The notes under the pieces are model-generated. The model had not been told where the DNA came from, ran no database searches, and was given only the letters and a program-made list of their open reading frames with translations. The translations under genes were made by a program, and so were the position numbers. A stretch of DNA of 64,000 bases from Octopus vulgaris. Lineage: Eukaryota. The stretch is taken from contig OX597821.1 in the NCBI GenBank assembly GCA_951406725.2, positions 41,292,001 through 41,356,000 of the forward strand, read 5' to 3'. Shown here piece after piece: positions 52,541 through 64,000 of the stretch; positions within the stretch are counted from its first letter, which is position 1; every line of letters starts with the position of its first letter.

Positions 52541-52934
52541 TCATTAGATGACTAAAAAAACAGGGGCCCCACAATGAGCTTGCAGTGCCAATTCTCATAC
52601 AAATATTTGGGCCGCTTGACTGGATGCTTGATGGGACCTGAGCTATTGACATTTAAGCTCAGAAGATACTAACAAGTACACATCAACAGTGACACAGATT
52701 GCCTCTACCTAAAACGAAAACAAGGTGGCAGACGATTTCCATCGATCCAAACTGCCTTTGAATGTTATATCATATCTCTTCAGCAAAATCTTTTAACCAC
52801 CAAAGTATGAAAGTGCATCCCTTGACCAAGTTTGCATACACGAGGCTGATAACATCATATGACTTGGAAGGCAACTCTTTGAGCAGCATTCTTTGTCTGA
52901 TAACCTTAAATACATGCCCAAAGAAGTCACACAA

Positions 52935-54104
52935 CTCTGCTACAATGTATCATCAGATGAAAGGATGAGCGGATATAAGAAGAAAACCATGCATGGACAT
53001 GTTAGAAGAAAGCTCTGAGATTATAGTAACATCGATCATCAAAGCAGTCTATTATGGACAAATAACCAGATTACTACCTCCTACTTTGAAGGGTATGCAT
53101 TTGCAATCTAGGAACAGGTAATATCAACCAAGTACCTGATGCACAAAAGGGATAGAGATGCAGGAAAAGCAGTAAAATGTGACAACCTACGCTGACTTTG
53201 TGGAGATCACACTGAAGATATTATCCACATCATAAGCAGCTGTCTGAAAATGTCATCACGGTATTATCTACCAATGAGACAGGATGTTGTAGCTAGGGCA
53301 CTATATAAGGAAATTGGTCAGAAGGAAAACCCTGAGGACAAAGAAACAAGAATCCACAGTATGGTAGAAGCCATAGCCATTCATAATAAAATGGGGAATG
53401 TCCCAGTGAAAACCTCAATAAAATGTAAACGTAATAGACCCGATATAATGATTTGGGATAGAGAAGAGAAACTGTGCACTGTTATGGAAATCAGCTGTCC
53501 AGCAGATGTTAACATAAAACTGAAGGTCAGTGAAAAAGAGGACACCTATACTGAACTATTGAGAAATCTGCTGTTACTCTATCCAGATTACAAGTTCATG
53601 TTTATACCTGTAATTATTGGGGCCCTGGGATGTGTAACACACTGCCTAAATACCAATCTTGAGAAATTAGGCTTCTCAAAACCAGTAAGGAGAAAACTGA
53701 TTCGAAGACTACAGATCCAATCCATCACTGGAACTGTAAGAATCTGTAAAGCTTTCCAGAAGTTTATCATTTAAGTATATATGAGCCTCTCTAGATATGC
53801 AAGTATATTCATGAGAAGACATATATAAAACAAAACATACAAATCTGCACATATGCATACATACATACATACATTTATACATGATGATTGCTTCATCTTG
53901 ACAAATAATAACCGTCCCATCAACACACACACCACACCCCGTTATACAGCACAGTCACTCTATTGATGAGCCCTTAAGTGACTTTTACAACCAGCTGCTG
54001 ACTGACAAGGTTTAAAACACAAATGACAGATATTTAGTTTCTTCTATATCTTTGCCCTTTGGAATCTGATTCTGAAGGAATGGTTTTGTGAACTAGCATA
54101 TGGC

Positions 54105-54135
<31 letters not shown>

Positions 54136-54281
54136 CATACATACATACATACATTCATTCATTCACACATACATAAATACCTTGTTGTTGACGTTGAAAT
54201 TCCAGTGAAGGAGTCATGAATCTAGGTTAGAAACCAGCTCTTTCTCTATTGGCAAGAAATCTTGAAGTAAAATTGAATAAT
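52935..54281 (+). mobile_element. R4-clade (Dong/Rex6-like) non-LTR element: CCHC finger, restriction-like endonuclease and 3' region
   Basis: LCGDHTEDIIHIISSC..MSSRYYLPMRQDVVA (RHD motif), NRPDIMIWDREEK, EISCPADVN, EKEDTY, IPVIIGALG; ORF ends 53774; 3' boundary approximate. Confidence 0.85.
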
Positions 54282-55254
54282 GGCATACATGCACACATAC
54301 ATGCATAAATACATACATACATACATACATACATACATACACACATACACATAGATATATACATACACATACATTCATACATTCCTGCATACATACATAC
54401 ATACATACATACATACATACATACATACATACATAAACACACACACACACATACATATAACCTCTTTTAGCTACACTAGTGTTCTTTCCTGAAGCTAAGA
54501 ACTGCTCTGACCTGTACATATGGGCCACAGTGTAAAAGCTTGGGCCTATATTTTCTCCAATGATCAATCTATTTCCTGTTGCAATTTGCGATTTAGCCCT
54601 TGGACCACCCTGACTGAACAGACCAGTGAACTAATAGAATCCAAATAATCCATGGCTGACTTTTGGCAAAACATTCAATAAACAAGCCTGTTTGCTTTTG
54701 GAAATGAGCAAAAGTTATTTTAGAATATTAATATGACATGAAATAAGACGAGGTGTCCATTGTTGAAGTCGTTGACGATGTTAATTATTTGTTATTGTGT
54801 TCAGTGCTTGTTTTTATGATTTATGCTGGAGACAATTTGGACCATTTTTCTATGGTTTTGTTTCATGTTTTTTCCATGTTTAGTAGCTGAACGCAGAGTG
54901 TCATTCTGTTCTGCAGTGTTCGTGTGTGTGTGTGGATTGATATATCGTTTAAGGCTCTCCCTAGGCTGTATCAAGTTGGCTATTTCACTTGTGTAATTGG
55001 AGATGCATTATTTATGTTGCCTTGTGGCATGTTTATTTTTTTTAATGTCTTTACAATTCATTCTATAGAATATAGAATATATGCTACAGCGTTTATATTA
55101 CCAATTGTGATAGTGTTGAATCTTGGTTCTGTTTCTTGGTGAAAATGATTCCATTTGGTTCTTTTCATGGTTGGAAGCTGTTCTTTCTTCCTTGATTGAT
55201 AAGTGTGTTGTTTTAATGATTAACCAGGCACTCTGCTTGTTATAACAACAAAGA

Positions 55255-55500
55255 TTCCAGTTGAGTCGATCAGTAGAACAACCTACTTTTGAAATTAATG
55301 TGAAAGTGGTTGAGTATTCCACAGACATGCGTACCCTCAATGTAGTTATCAGGGAGGTTCGGTGTGACACAGAAATATGACAAGGTTTGAAATCACATGT
55401 ACAACTCATTTTTGCCAGCTGAGTGGATCTGGAGCAACGTGAAATAAAGTGTCTTGCTCAAGGACAAAACATGCAGTTGGATATTGCACTTATAACTTTA
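55255..55500 (-). mobile_element. SINE family C
   Basis: gagtattccacagacatgcgtaccct...aaagtgtcttgctcaaggaca. Confidence 0.8.
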
Positions 55501-56858
55501 TGATGGCGGTGGTGGTGACGGTGGTGGTGATGGTGGCAACGATGGTGGCGGCGATGGCGGCAGCGGTGGTGGCAGCGGTGGTGATGGTGGTGGCAGCGAT
55601 GGCGGCGGCGGCGATAGCGGGGTCGGCGATAGCGGGGTCGGCGATAGCGGGGTCGGCGATAGCGGGGTCGTGGCGAGAAGGGGTCGGCGAGAAGCGGCGG
55701 CGGCGAGAAGGGCGGCGGCAATAGCGGCGGCGGCGGCAATAGCGGCGGCGGCGGCGAGAAGGGCGGCGGCGGCGAGAAGGGGTCGGCGAGAAGGGTCGGC
55801 GAGAAGCGGGGTCGGCGAGATAGCGGGGTCGGCGAGAAGCGGGTCGGCGAGCAGCGGGGTCGGCGATAAGCGGCGGCGGCGAGAAGGGCGGCGGCAATAG
55901 GCGGGCGGCGGCGGCAATAGCGGCGGCGGGCGGCGAGAAGCGGCGGCGGCGGCGAGAAGGGTCGGCGAGAAGCGGGGTCGGCGAGCAGGGGTCGGCGAGA
56001 AGGGGTCGGCGAGCATGGGTCGGCGAGAAGGGGTCGGCGAGAAGCGGCGGCGGCGATCAGAAGGGCGGCGGCAATAGCGGCGGCGGCGGCAATAGCGGCG
56101 GCGGCGGCGAGCAGCGGCGGCGGCGGCGGCGAGAAGGGGTCGGCGATGGCGGCGGCGGCGAGAAGCGGCGGCGGCGAGAAGGGTCGGCGAGCGGGGTCGG
56201 CGAGATAGGGTCGGCGAGAAGCGGCGGCGGCGATAGCGGCGGCGGCAATAGCGGCGGCGGCGGCAATAGCGGCGGCGGCGGCGATAGCGGCGGCGGCGGC
56301 GATAGCGGGTCGGCGATGGCGGCGGCGGCGATAGCGGCGGCGGCGATAGCGGCGGCGGCGATAGCGGCGGCGGCGATAGCGGCGGCGGCGATAGCGGCGG
56401 CGGCGAGAAGCGGCGGCGGCGATAGCGGCGGCGGCGAGAAGCGGCGGCGGCGGCGAGAAGCGGCGGCGGCGAGAAGCGGCGGCGGCGATAGCGGCGGCGG
56501 CGAGAAGGGCGGCGGCGAGAAGCGGCGGCGGCGAGAAGGGCGGCGGCGAGAAGCGGCGGCGGCGATAGCGGCGGCGGCGAGAAGCGGCGGCGGCGGAGAA
56601 GCGGCGGCGGCGATAGCGGCGGCGGCGAGAAGCGGCGGCGGCGAGAAGGGCGGCGGCGGAGATAGCGGCGGCGGCGATAGCGGCGGCGGCAATGGTGGCG
56701 GCAGCAATGGTGGTGGCGGCGGCGATGGTGGCGGCAGCAATGGTGGTGGCGGCGGCGATGGTGGCAGCAGCAGCTGCAGCAATGGTGGTGGCGGCGGCAA
56801 TGGTGGTGGCAGCAGCTGCAGCAGTGGTGATGATGGTGGTGGTGGTGGTAGTGATGGT
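55501..56858. repeat. GC/CpG-rich (GGC)n-based minisatellite
   Basis: GGC runs punctuated by gatagc, gagaag, ggggtc and aatagc; gcgatagcggggtcg x4 at 55611-55670. Confidence 0.95.
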
Positions 56859-57129
56859 TAGTTGCCTGTCGCAGAACATGACATCTGAAGAAGAGTTGTT
56901 CTAATGTCCTGGTGGAGTCAGTCGGATGTTTCAGGATTAGGTTTTTGAAAAGAATTTAGTCAAGACACTGTTGTGTCAGTCCTTGTGTTATTTGTATTGT
57001 TTTGGTACCAGGATGTCTCGTGTATTTCCTTCAATGGTGATGTTTATGAGTCTCTTAAACTGCTGTGGCTGCTTATGCATCTCGTTGGATGGTTAGGAAG
57101 ATTGTTCATTATATGAATTTATTACATCA

Positions 57130-57767
57130 ATTCTTTTGACACCCATGCATCTGATACAAACCCTGGTTCTATGATACAAATTTCATATTCTAAAATTCTC
57201 TAAATTGAAAACTTCCCATCGAAATTTCACATCAATTTGTTCTAAGCACCAACTTAATAATGGCAGCATAATTCTAATTAAGTTTTCATGATTTTCAAAA
57301 TTGATTGAAGCAAAGGCAATGTATTACAACAGAAATATTCTTTTCTAGGCACAAGGCCCGAAATATTTGGAGGTGGGGATGAGTCAATTAGATCGACCCC
57401 AGTGCATTACTGGTACTTAATTTATAGACTCTAAAAGGATGAAAGGCAAAGTTGACTTCAGCAGAATTTGAACTCAGATTGAAAAGACAGACAAAATACC
57501 TATTTCTTTACTACCCACAAGAGGCTACACACAGAGGGGACAAACTAGGACAGACAAACGGATTAAGTCGATTATATCGACCCCAGTGCGTAACTGGTAC
57601 TTAATTTATCAACTCTGAAAGGATGAAAGGCAAAGTCGACCTCGGCGGAATTTGAACTCAGAATGTAACGGCAGACAAAATACCGCTAATCATTTTGTCC
57701 GGTGCGCTAACGTTTCTGCCAGCTCACCACTTTATTTTAATAGAAATATAGTAAAAAAAGGGTTTAA
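57130..57767 (-). mobile_element. MITE-like repeat interrupted by a SINE A dimer (~57339-57730)
   Basis: MITE resumes after the SINE and ends aaagggtttaa; imperfect TSD tattacaacagaaatat / tattttaatagaaatat. Confidence 0.7.
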
Positions 57768-58029
57768 ATGTTTCACATTGCTGTTTTGGTTTTAAATTTG
57801 ATTGTCTGTATTTCAAATGCATTTCATAGCTAACAATGTCCAAGTTTGTTGAGGTATATATAAATATATTATATATTTACTGGATGCAGAGTTTTAGGTA
57901 TGCTATCAATATCATAACCACAGTTTATCCTATTTTTTACTTTTCAAGCTGTGATTAGGAATATAAAGTGTTCCCTGTTGTTGCTCAGTTATTTACTGAG
58001 ATATCTGTGAACTCTGTGTAATGGTCAAT

Positions 58030-58414
58030 TTTTTTATTTTTTTACTTGCTTCAGTTATTGAACTGCGACCATACTGGAGCACCACCTTCACAAATTTTAG
58101 CTGAACAAATCAACCCCACCCAGGGCTTATTACCTTTTTTTTTTCAGCCTGGCACTTATTCAATAGTTCCATTTGCTTAACCGCTAAGTCATAGGAACAT
58201 AAACACACACACACTCTTTTACTCTTTTACTTGTTTCAGTCATTTAACTGCAGCCATGCTGGAGCACCGCCTTTAGTCGAGCAAATCGACCCCGGGACTT
58301 ATTCTTTGTAAGCCCAGTGCTTATTCTATCGGGCTCTTTTTGCCGAACCGCTAAGTGACGGGGACGTAAACACACCAGCATCGGTTGTCAAGCAATGCTA
58401 GGGGGACAAACACA

Positions 58415-58466
<52 letters not shown>

Positions 58467-58725
58467 TATATATATACATATATACGACAGGCTTCTTTCA
58501 GTTTCTGTCTACCAAATCCACTCACAAGGCATTGGTCGGCCCGGGGCTATAGCAGAAGACACTTGCCCAGATGAGCTTCTTTCAGTTTCTGTCTATCAAA
58601 TCCATTCACAGGGCTTTGATGAGCACAAGGCTATAAGACACTTGCCCACAGTGCCAGTCAGTGGGATTGAACTAGGAACCATGAGGTTGGGAAGCAAACT
58701 AGTTATGCCACATCCATGCCAGCAC
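58030..58725 (-). mobile_element. Young SINE B (~58215-58570) nested in the internal microsatellite of an older SINE B
   Basis: Tail and body motifs occur twice; the inner copy retains CpGs (gccgaaccgctaagtgacgggg). Confidence 0.8.
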
Positions 58726-59585
58726 CTATTATAATGTTTTTAAAGTTCCATGAAAGCATTTTGCTATACTGTTAATGTTATATTGTTATGTTTATCTGGT
58801 TTGTATTTGTGCGTTGAAATTTGTGTTTTTTCATATTCTCTTCAGAACCACTTTGAAAAAGAAGACAATAACCGTTGTTCCAGTCTCTACTCGCGTTGTT
58901 ATTGTTACGCTTTCTAAAACACGGTGTATATGAAATCTGTGAAGTTTTAGTAAATGGTTTTGTCTCTGTTAGGAAGGAAATTCTGTTGAAAACACCTTTC
59001 TTTTACAGATTTCAAAATCTGTATTGCCTAAATTCTTCACTTTCAGATTTCAACCATCTGTTGTGTTAGATAGCATGTTCTTTTCACTATTACCATTATT
59101 TCACAGACATTCCAGCTGCAACCATTCTATCTTCTCTGGTACTATATTGTATTTAGGTTTATATTAGCTAATATTTTAATCTAATTATAAGATGGTAGAG
59201 GGAAATTTTGAAGGACATATTGGCTGTTATCTCTTGCATGTCAACTAAACATATACAGAATCCTTCACTGAACTACCTGTTGTTATTGTTAAGACTCAGG
59301 TTAGCCTTGAACAAGCAAACTACAATCAAAGCATTCCAGTCATGGCCATCACATCTTTGTTGGATTATACAATCTAATGTGGCAGAATGCAGTCAGACAA
59401 ATACCAGGTTTTTCCAAGATAATTTTGACCCACCCCACTCCATTAATGAGAAGGCAAAGCAGAGTTTGAGTCTATATAATTCACCATTCTTTAGTGTACA
59501 TTTACATAATTTTTCTTTCTTCATCATGGAATTGGACAATTTTAAAACATCGAAAGCAAACTTAATTTTATTAAATGAATAAATT

Positions 59586-59836
59586 CTTTGGAGTAAAGAT
59601 TGTTTGCCAACATAACATGGCAGTCCTGGTTTAGGACGAATGTTGCTGTAATTTAGCCCCAGGAGACATTGTCTCCAGCTGGCTATATGATATAATCTGT
59701 GTCCTTATATTTTCGAACAAGGGAATCTAGCACCCCCACTCAGCTCAAAACAATATCTGTGTATTGCGATTTCTGGGTTATTTCCATCGTAAACCAGGAC
59801 TGCCATGTTATGTTGGCAAAAATCTTTACTCCAAAG
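59586..59836. mobile_element. 251-bp MITE-like element with near-perfect 47/48-bp TIRs
   Basis: ctttggagtaaagattgtttgccaacataacatggcagtcctggttta and its reverse complement, differing by one indel. Confidence 0.8.
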
Positions 59837-59890
59837 TACTATTGCTGAATATCTCTCATTGTGAGATTTAAAAAAATAGTAATTTTTTAA

Positions 59891-60436
59891 ATAAATTCTT
59901 ATCAAAATGTATTGAGGTTGTTGCTATAGTAACGGTGCAAAGTACACTGAGTGAAGCTGCTTCGCACAGACTCACCTTGAACTTTGTCGCACATACACAC
60001 AAAGTTATAACATTCTCATTCACTTCCATTGTTTGTAGTAGTACTTGGGAGTAAAGTGTGTAGAGTGTGGTTGTCTCAAGAAGATTATTAGGTTTCAGCT
60101 GCACAGTATCTCTTTGAATGTGATGAGGAAGATGGACACCTTTTTGAAAACAGTCATAACAGGTGATGAATCGTGGGTCTGTGGCTATGATCCCGAAACC
60201 AAGGTTCAGTTTTCATAATGGAAGACCTTAATAAGTTTTCAAGATATTGAGGAAATCCATGAGAATGTGACAAGGCACCTGCTGTCTGTCCCCAAAAAGG
60301 AGTTCCAGGAATGCTTCCATCAATGGAAGTGACTTCTGAAGGGGACAACTTCAAAGGAGACTAAATGCTGAAATTATACCTGTTGTAGTTTTCTTTTTAT
60401 AAGCTCCAGTCCCAATACTTGTATGAATATGTCTGT
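59891..60436 (+). mobile_element. Second copy of the internally deleted mariner
   Basis: Colinear with 36813-37388; KTVITGDESWVCGYDPETKVQ (first catalytic Asp) and KEFQECFHQW...EGDNFKGD*. Confidence 0.85.
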
Positions 60437-60727
60437 CTTTTTTCCAATCCTCAAAACCCACAGATCAAATGTATCCTTAGTTCATTATTTAAGATGACAG
60501 GCTGTTTTAAATGAGATTTGGCTGTTGTTTCTTGTTGAATAGTGATCTTATACTGACACCCTCATTGATTTGCTTATTGTGAATAAAGGTAATAAAGGTA
60601 GATGAAGTGTGAACTGGACAGGAACATTATGCCTACTGTCCCTCTGTTATTGCCAGTTGTCATACACAGCACACTCTCTGGGGTTAATGAGGTTAATAAT
60701 GCTCTTTTTTATCCTCCTCCTCTGCCT

Positions 60728-60779
<52 letters not shown>

Positions 60780-61465
60780 TTCATAATCATCATCATCATT
60801 GTTGTCATCACCATTCCATGCTCAATCTAATATATCGATTTCGAATTTTGGCACAAAGCCAGTAATTTCGATGGGGGTGGGTACCTCAATTGCATTGACT
60901 CCAGTGTTCAACAGGTACTTATTTTATCAACCCCGAAAAGATGAAAGGCGAAGTCAACCTCAGCAGAACATAAAACCTTCGATTCAAACTGCCTCATTGA
61001 GTCCATGAAACGAAGTTGATCAAACTAGACAGAAATCAAAGCAGATGCCTCACTGCAGTTGTTTCAAGAAATAAATCAACAAATTGGAAGCGGGTTTCTA
61101 TCAGCAGAATCCATTGATTTTATTTATAGATTCTAGAATAATTTCTGTGCACAACTAAAGTTTCAACTGGTTCTGAATTATTGTTATATTAATTCGAAAT
61201 ATGGCATTACCTTTTATAAAATAAATCATATTTAGACACTCAAAGGATTCGGTGAAATTCTGCATCAATTCGCAGAACTATCTTCGGTGAGGTGATCAAC
61301 TTTCTCTTCATAATTGGTTCCTAATTGACTTTCTACAGACACAGACACATGCACACACAGACACACACACATACATATATATGTATATGTATAAATATAT
61401 ATATATATATATATATATAGGGGGCCTACTATCTCTAAATGAAAAGATATATATATATATACATA

Positions 61466-61518
<53 letters not shown>

Positions 61519-61532
61519 GTATATATATATAA

Positions 61533-61581
<49 letters not shown>

Positions 61582-61621
61582 CATACATATATATACATAC
61601 ATACATACATACATACATACA

Positions 61622-61657
<36 letters not shown>

Positions 61658-62304
61658 TATTTGTATGTATCTAATATCTATGTATGTATATTTGTGCATG
61701 CATATATATATATATAAATGTGTGTGTGTGTATGTAATACACACACAAATGCACACACATACTTATATGCATCTGCACACATACGCACACACACACATAT
61801 TTAATTGGTCGTCTCCATGTAAGAGAGCCAGCTAAGAGGTCATCATATTTGGCTGGTCTTATTTAATCCTTACTTCCTCATTAGCAGAGAGTTTGGTAGG
61901 AATTATTTAGAAGTTTATTAGTTAAGTATTTGTCTCAGTTAATATGCTGTCTGATTGGACAATAACTAAATCAATTAAACTAATTAAATTATCCAATTAA
62001 TTAGCAATTATTTGAGGCAGATTTAATTATATTTCTCTAAGGTTCCACTGATATGTCTACCAAGGGATATGAACTCCCGACACATAAACTAAAATTTAAA
62101 AGTGACCAAAACAAAATAAAAACCAAAAAAATAAAAAAGGTGTGGATTCCAGGTTCATTCCCATTGCATAGCACCTTGGGCAAGTGTCTTCTATAGCATT
62201 GGGCTGACCAAAGTCTTGTGAGTGTATTTGATAGATGGAAAGTGAAAGAATCCACTATTTATATTTGTGTGTGTGTGTGTGCATATATGTATATATATAT
62301 ATAT

Positions 62305-62492
62305 GTAGTTGAAATTTACAGAAAAACAAAGGACGAAGACAGGTGTATGAACAACAAGCAGGTGTATTGGTTTGACACTTGGGAAAATGAAAAGGTCTTT
62401 TATGTTTCGAGCCTACACACTTTAACGGAAAGGAACAGGAGAAAATAAACAGAGAGAGAATACAAAAACTTGTGCTAGTAATCAATCACAAC
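62305..62492 (-). mobile_element. Family P1 small element (hammerhead-like topology at 62396-62433), between SINE B fragments
   Basis: Minus: ccttt ccgttaa a gtgt-gtag-gctc GAAA cata aaaga; flanked by (TA)n. Confidence 0.65.
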
Positions 62493-62625
62493 ATATATAT
62501 ATATACTCTGTTACTCTTTCACTCTTTTACTTGTTTCAGTCATTTGACACAGGAGCACCGCCTTTAGTCAAGCAAATTGACCCAGGACTTATTCTTTGTA
62601 AGCCTAGTACTTATCCTATCGGTTA

Positions 62626-62658
<33 letters not shown>

Positions 62659-63926
62659 TGAAAGGTAAGTCATTGGACAGAAGTTACAACTAGATGAAAT
62701 TTCCAAGTGGTTTAAATGCACAAGTCTCTGAGATCTACGTGGTTAAACACTGTGAGCAGAAGGGAACCTAAGAATCCTGACCAGAGATGGTGGGGTTCTT
62801 CTCAGAAAACCTTCTGCCTTTCAGATGTTTTGAGAATTTCTTACCACTATGTGTGTGGGATCCTATATCTGTGTTTGTCCCCCGCCCACCTGCCCACTGC
62901 TTCACAACTAGTGTTGGTGTGTTTACATCCCCATAACTTAGCAGTTTGGAAACCAATAAAATTAGTAGGCATTTTGAGAGTCTTTCAGAAATTCTATTAA
63001 TGATCTTCTCATTGGTCTACAGAATAGACAGGGATTCCTCGGAGTAGAGATGACATCTCCTGGAAAAGGTAAATTTATGTATAATGTAACTCGGTCCATC
63101 GTAAAGTATACAAAAGCATAGACTATCATTTTCAGGAAATGCCATATTGACATGGAATGGACAGAATTGTGCTCCTGTGCCTTGATTTTGCTCAGCTTTT
63201 AATGTCATTCCTAACACCAACCACCTCATGTGAGCATTGAGTACTTCTTCATGATGCCATGTGTGTGTGTGTGTAAACATATAAACAAACCTCCGTTTAG
63301 AGATTTCAAAAATAAGAGGAGTAAATGAAATGACACAACTTAATCAGGAATTGAACCTACTTCATGCACTTAAAACTCTAAAGACAGTATCACCAACGAA
63401 CAACATAAAACCACAATATCCGTGTACCATACAATATATATCTGCAATAATTTTTACACTCTTTATTTTTTTCCTTTTCGTTCAAATATTTTATAATAGA
63501 AAATGAGAAAAAAAGAAAAATAAGAGTAAAAGGGGAGAGAGAGAGAGAGAGGAAGAAGTGGAAGAAAAACAAAAGCAAGAGTAGAGAGAGAGAGAGAGAT
63601 AAAGAAAAGGATTCGGGTGCATGTGAGGGTGATTATAGTAGGAGTGCACATTCTCGGTTGAGTATGATATCATATTTATACTGGTTTATCAATATCAATG
63701 TGTTTCTATATGTCAAGCCTGGTGGTTGAATAACACTCTCCACTCCCTCCCTTCAATATATTGCTTCTTTGGCAATGGTAGTTGTAGAATATTTAATTAA
63801 TATTTGACAAAAGATGCATATATGAATGCATGCGTGTGTGTGTTTGTGTGTGGGGGAGTGCATTTGGGTGGGTGTATTCATATATGTATATAAGTATATA
63901 TAAATAAATATAAATATATTTGTGTG

Positions 63927-63957
<31 letters not shown>

Positions 63958-64000
63958 TTACACACATACACACATATGCATGAATATACATACATATATT

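Larger units (their letters stand above)
54700..57120 (-). mobile_element. Old I/Jockey-like LINE ORF2 relic split by SINE C and the GGC array
   Basis: Minus pieces SWYQNNTNNTR..TPPGH..SSSDVMFC (AP-endonuclease end) at ~56860-57050 and KRTKWNHFHQETE..MPQGN..SEIANLI at ~54970-55180. Confidence 0.35.

Noticed and set aside
54195-54245. gtgaagg...ggttagaaaccagctc hammerhead-like string in the R4 3' region
   Set aside because: Core and stems are too divergent to support
55458-56879. 473-aa Ala/Pro/Arg ORF and overlapping ORFs
   Set aside because: Several frames are open only because the GGC array has few stops; the reading drifts between poly-A, poly-P and poly-R
57770-59140. Possible degraded retroelement around the nested SINEs
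   Set aside because: Compositional impression only; no diagnostic motif

Overview
AT-rich, repeat-saturated animal intergenic or intronic DNA. The SINE and microsatellite repertoire suggests a cephalopod such as Octopus (inference). I found no supportable host protein-coding exon, and almost all ORFs in the track are microsatellite artefacts. The window is a mosaic of decayed transposons: about 18 RTE LINE pieces (three with RT coding sequence); Tx1/L1, CR1, R4-clade, Penelope and I/Jockey-like relics; four tRNA-headed SINE families; mariner remnants; three non-autonomous Helitrons; MITEs; and many microsatellites. Most interesting signals: (1) several unrelated small ORF-less elements carry minimal type-I hammerhead-ribozyme topology, including a ~330-bp palindrome with two outward-facing hammerheads, consistent with a non-autonomous Penelope/retrozyme-like system; (2) a Helitron carries only the 5' end (ORF1 N-terminus) of an L1/Tx1-like LINE; (3) a CR1 insertion is flanked by a 207-bp direct duplication; (4) a 1.35-kb CpG-rich GGC array has CpG-decayed edges. 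Coordinates were read by eye, and element ends are approximate unless a terminus or TSD is quoted.
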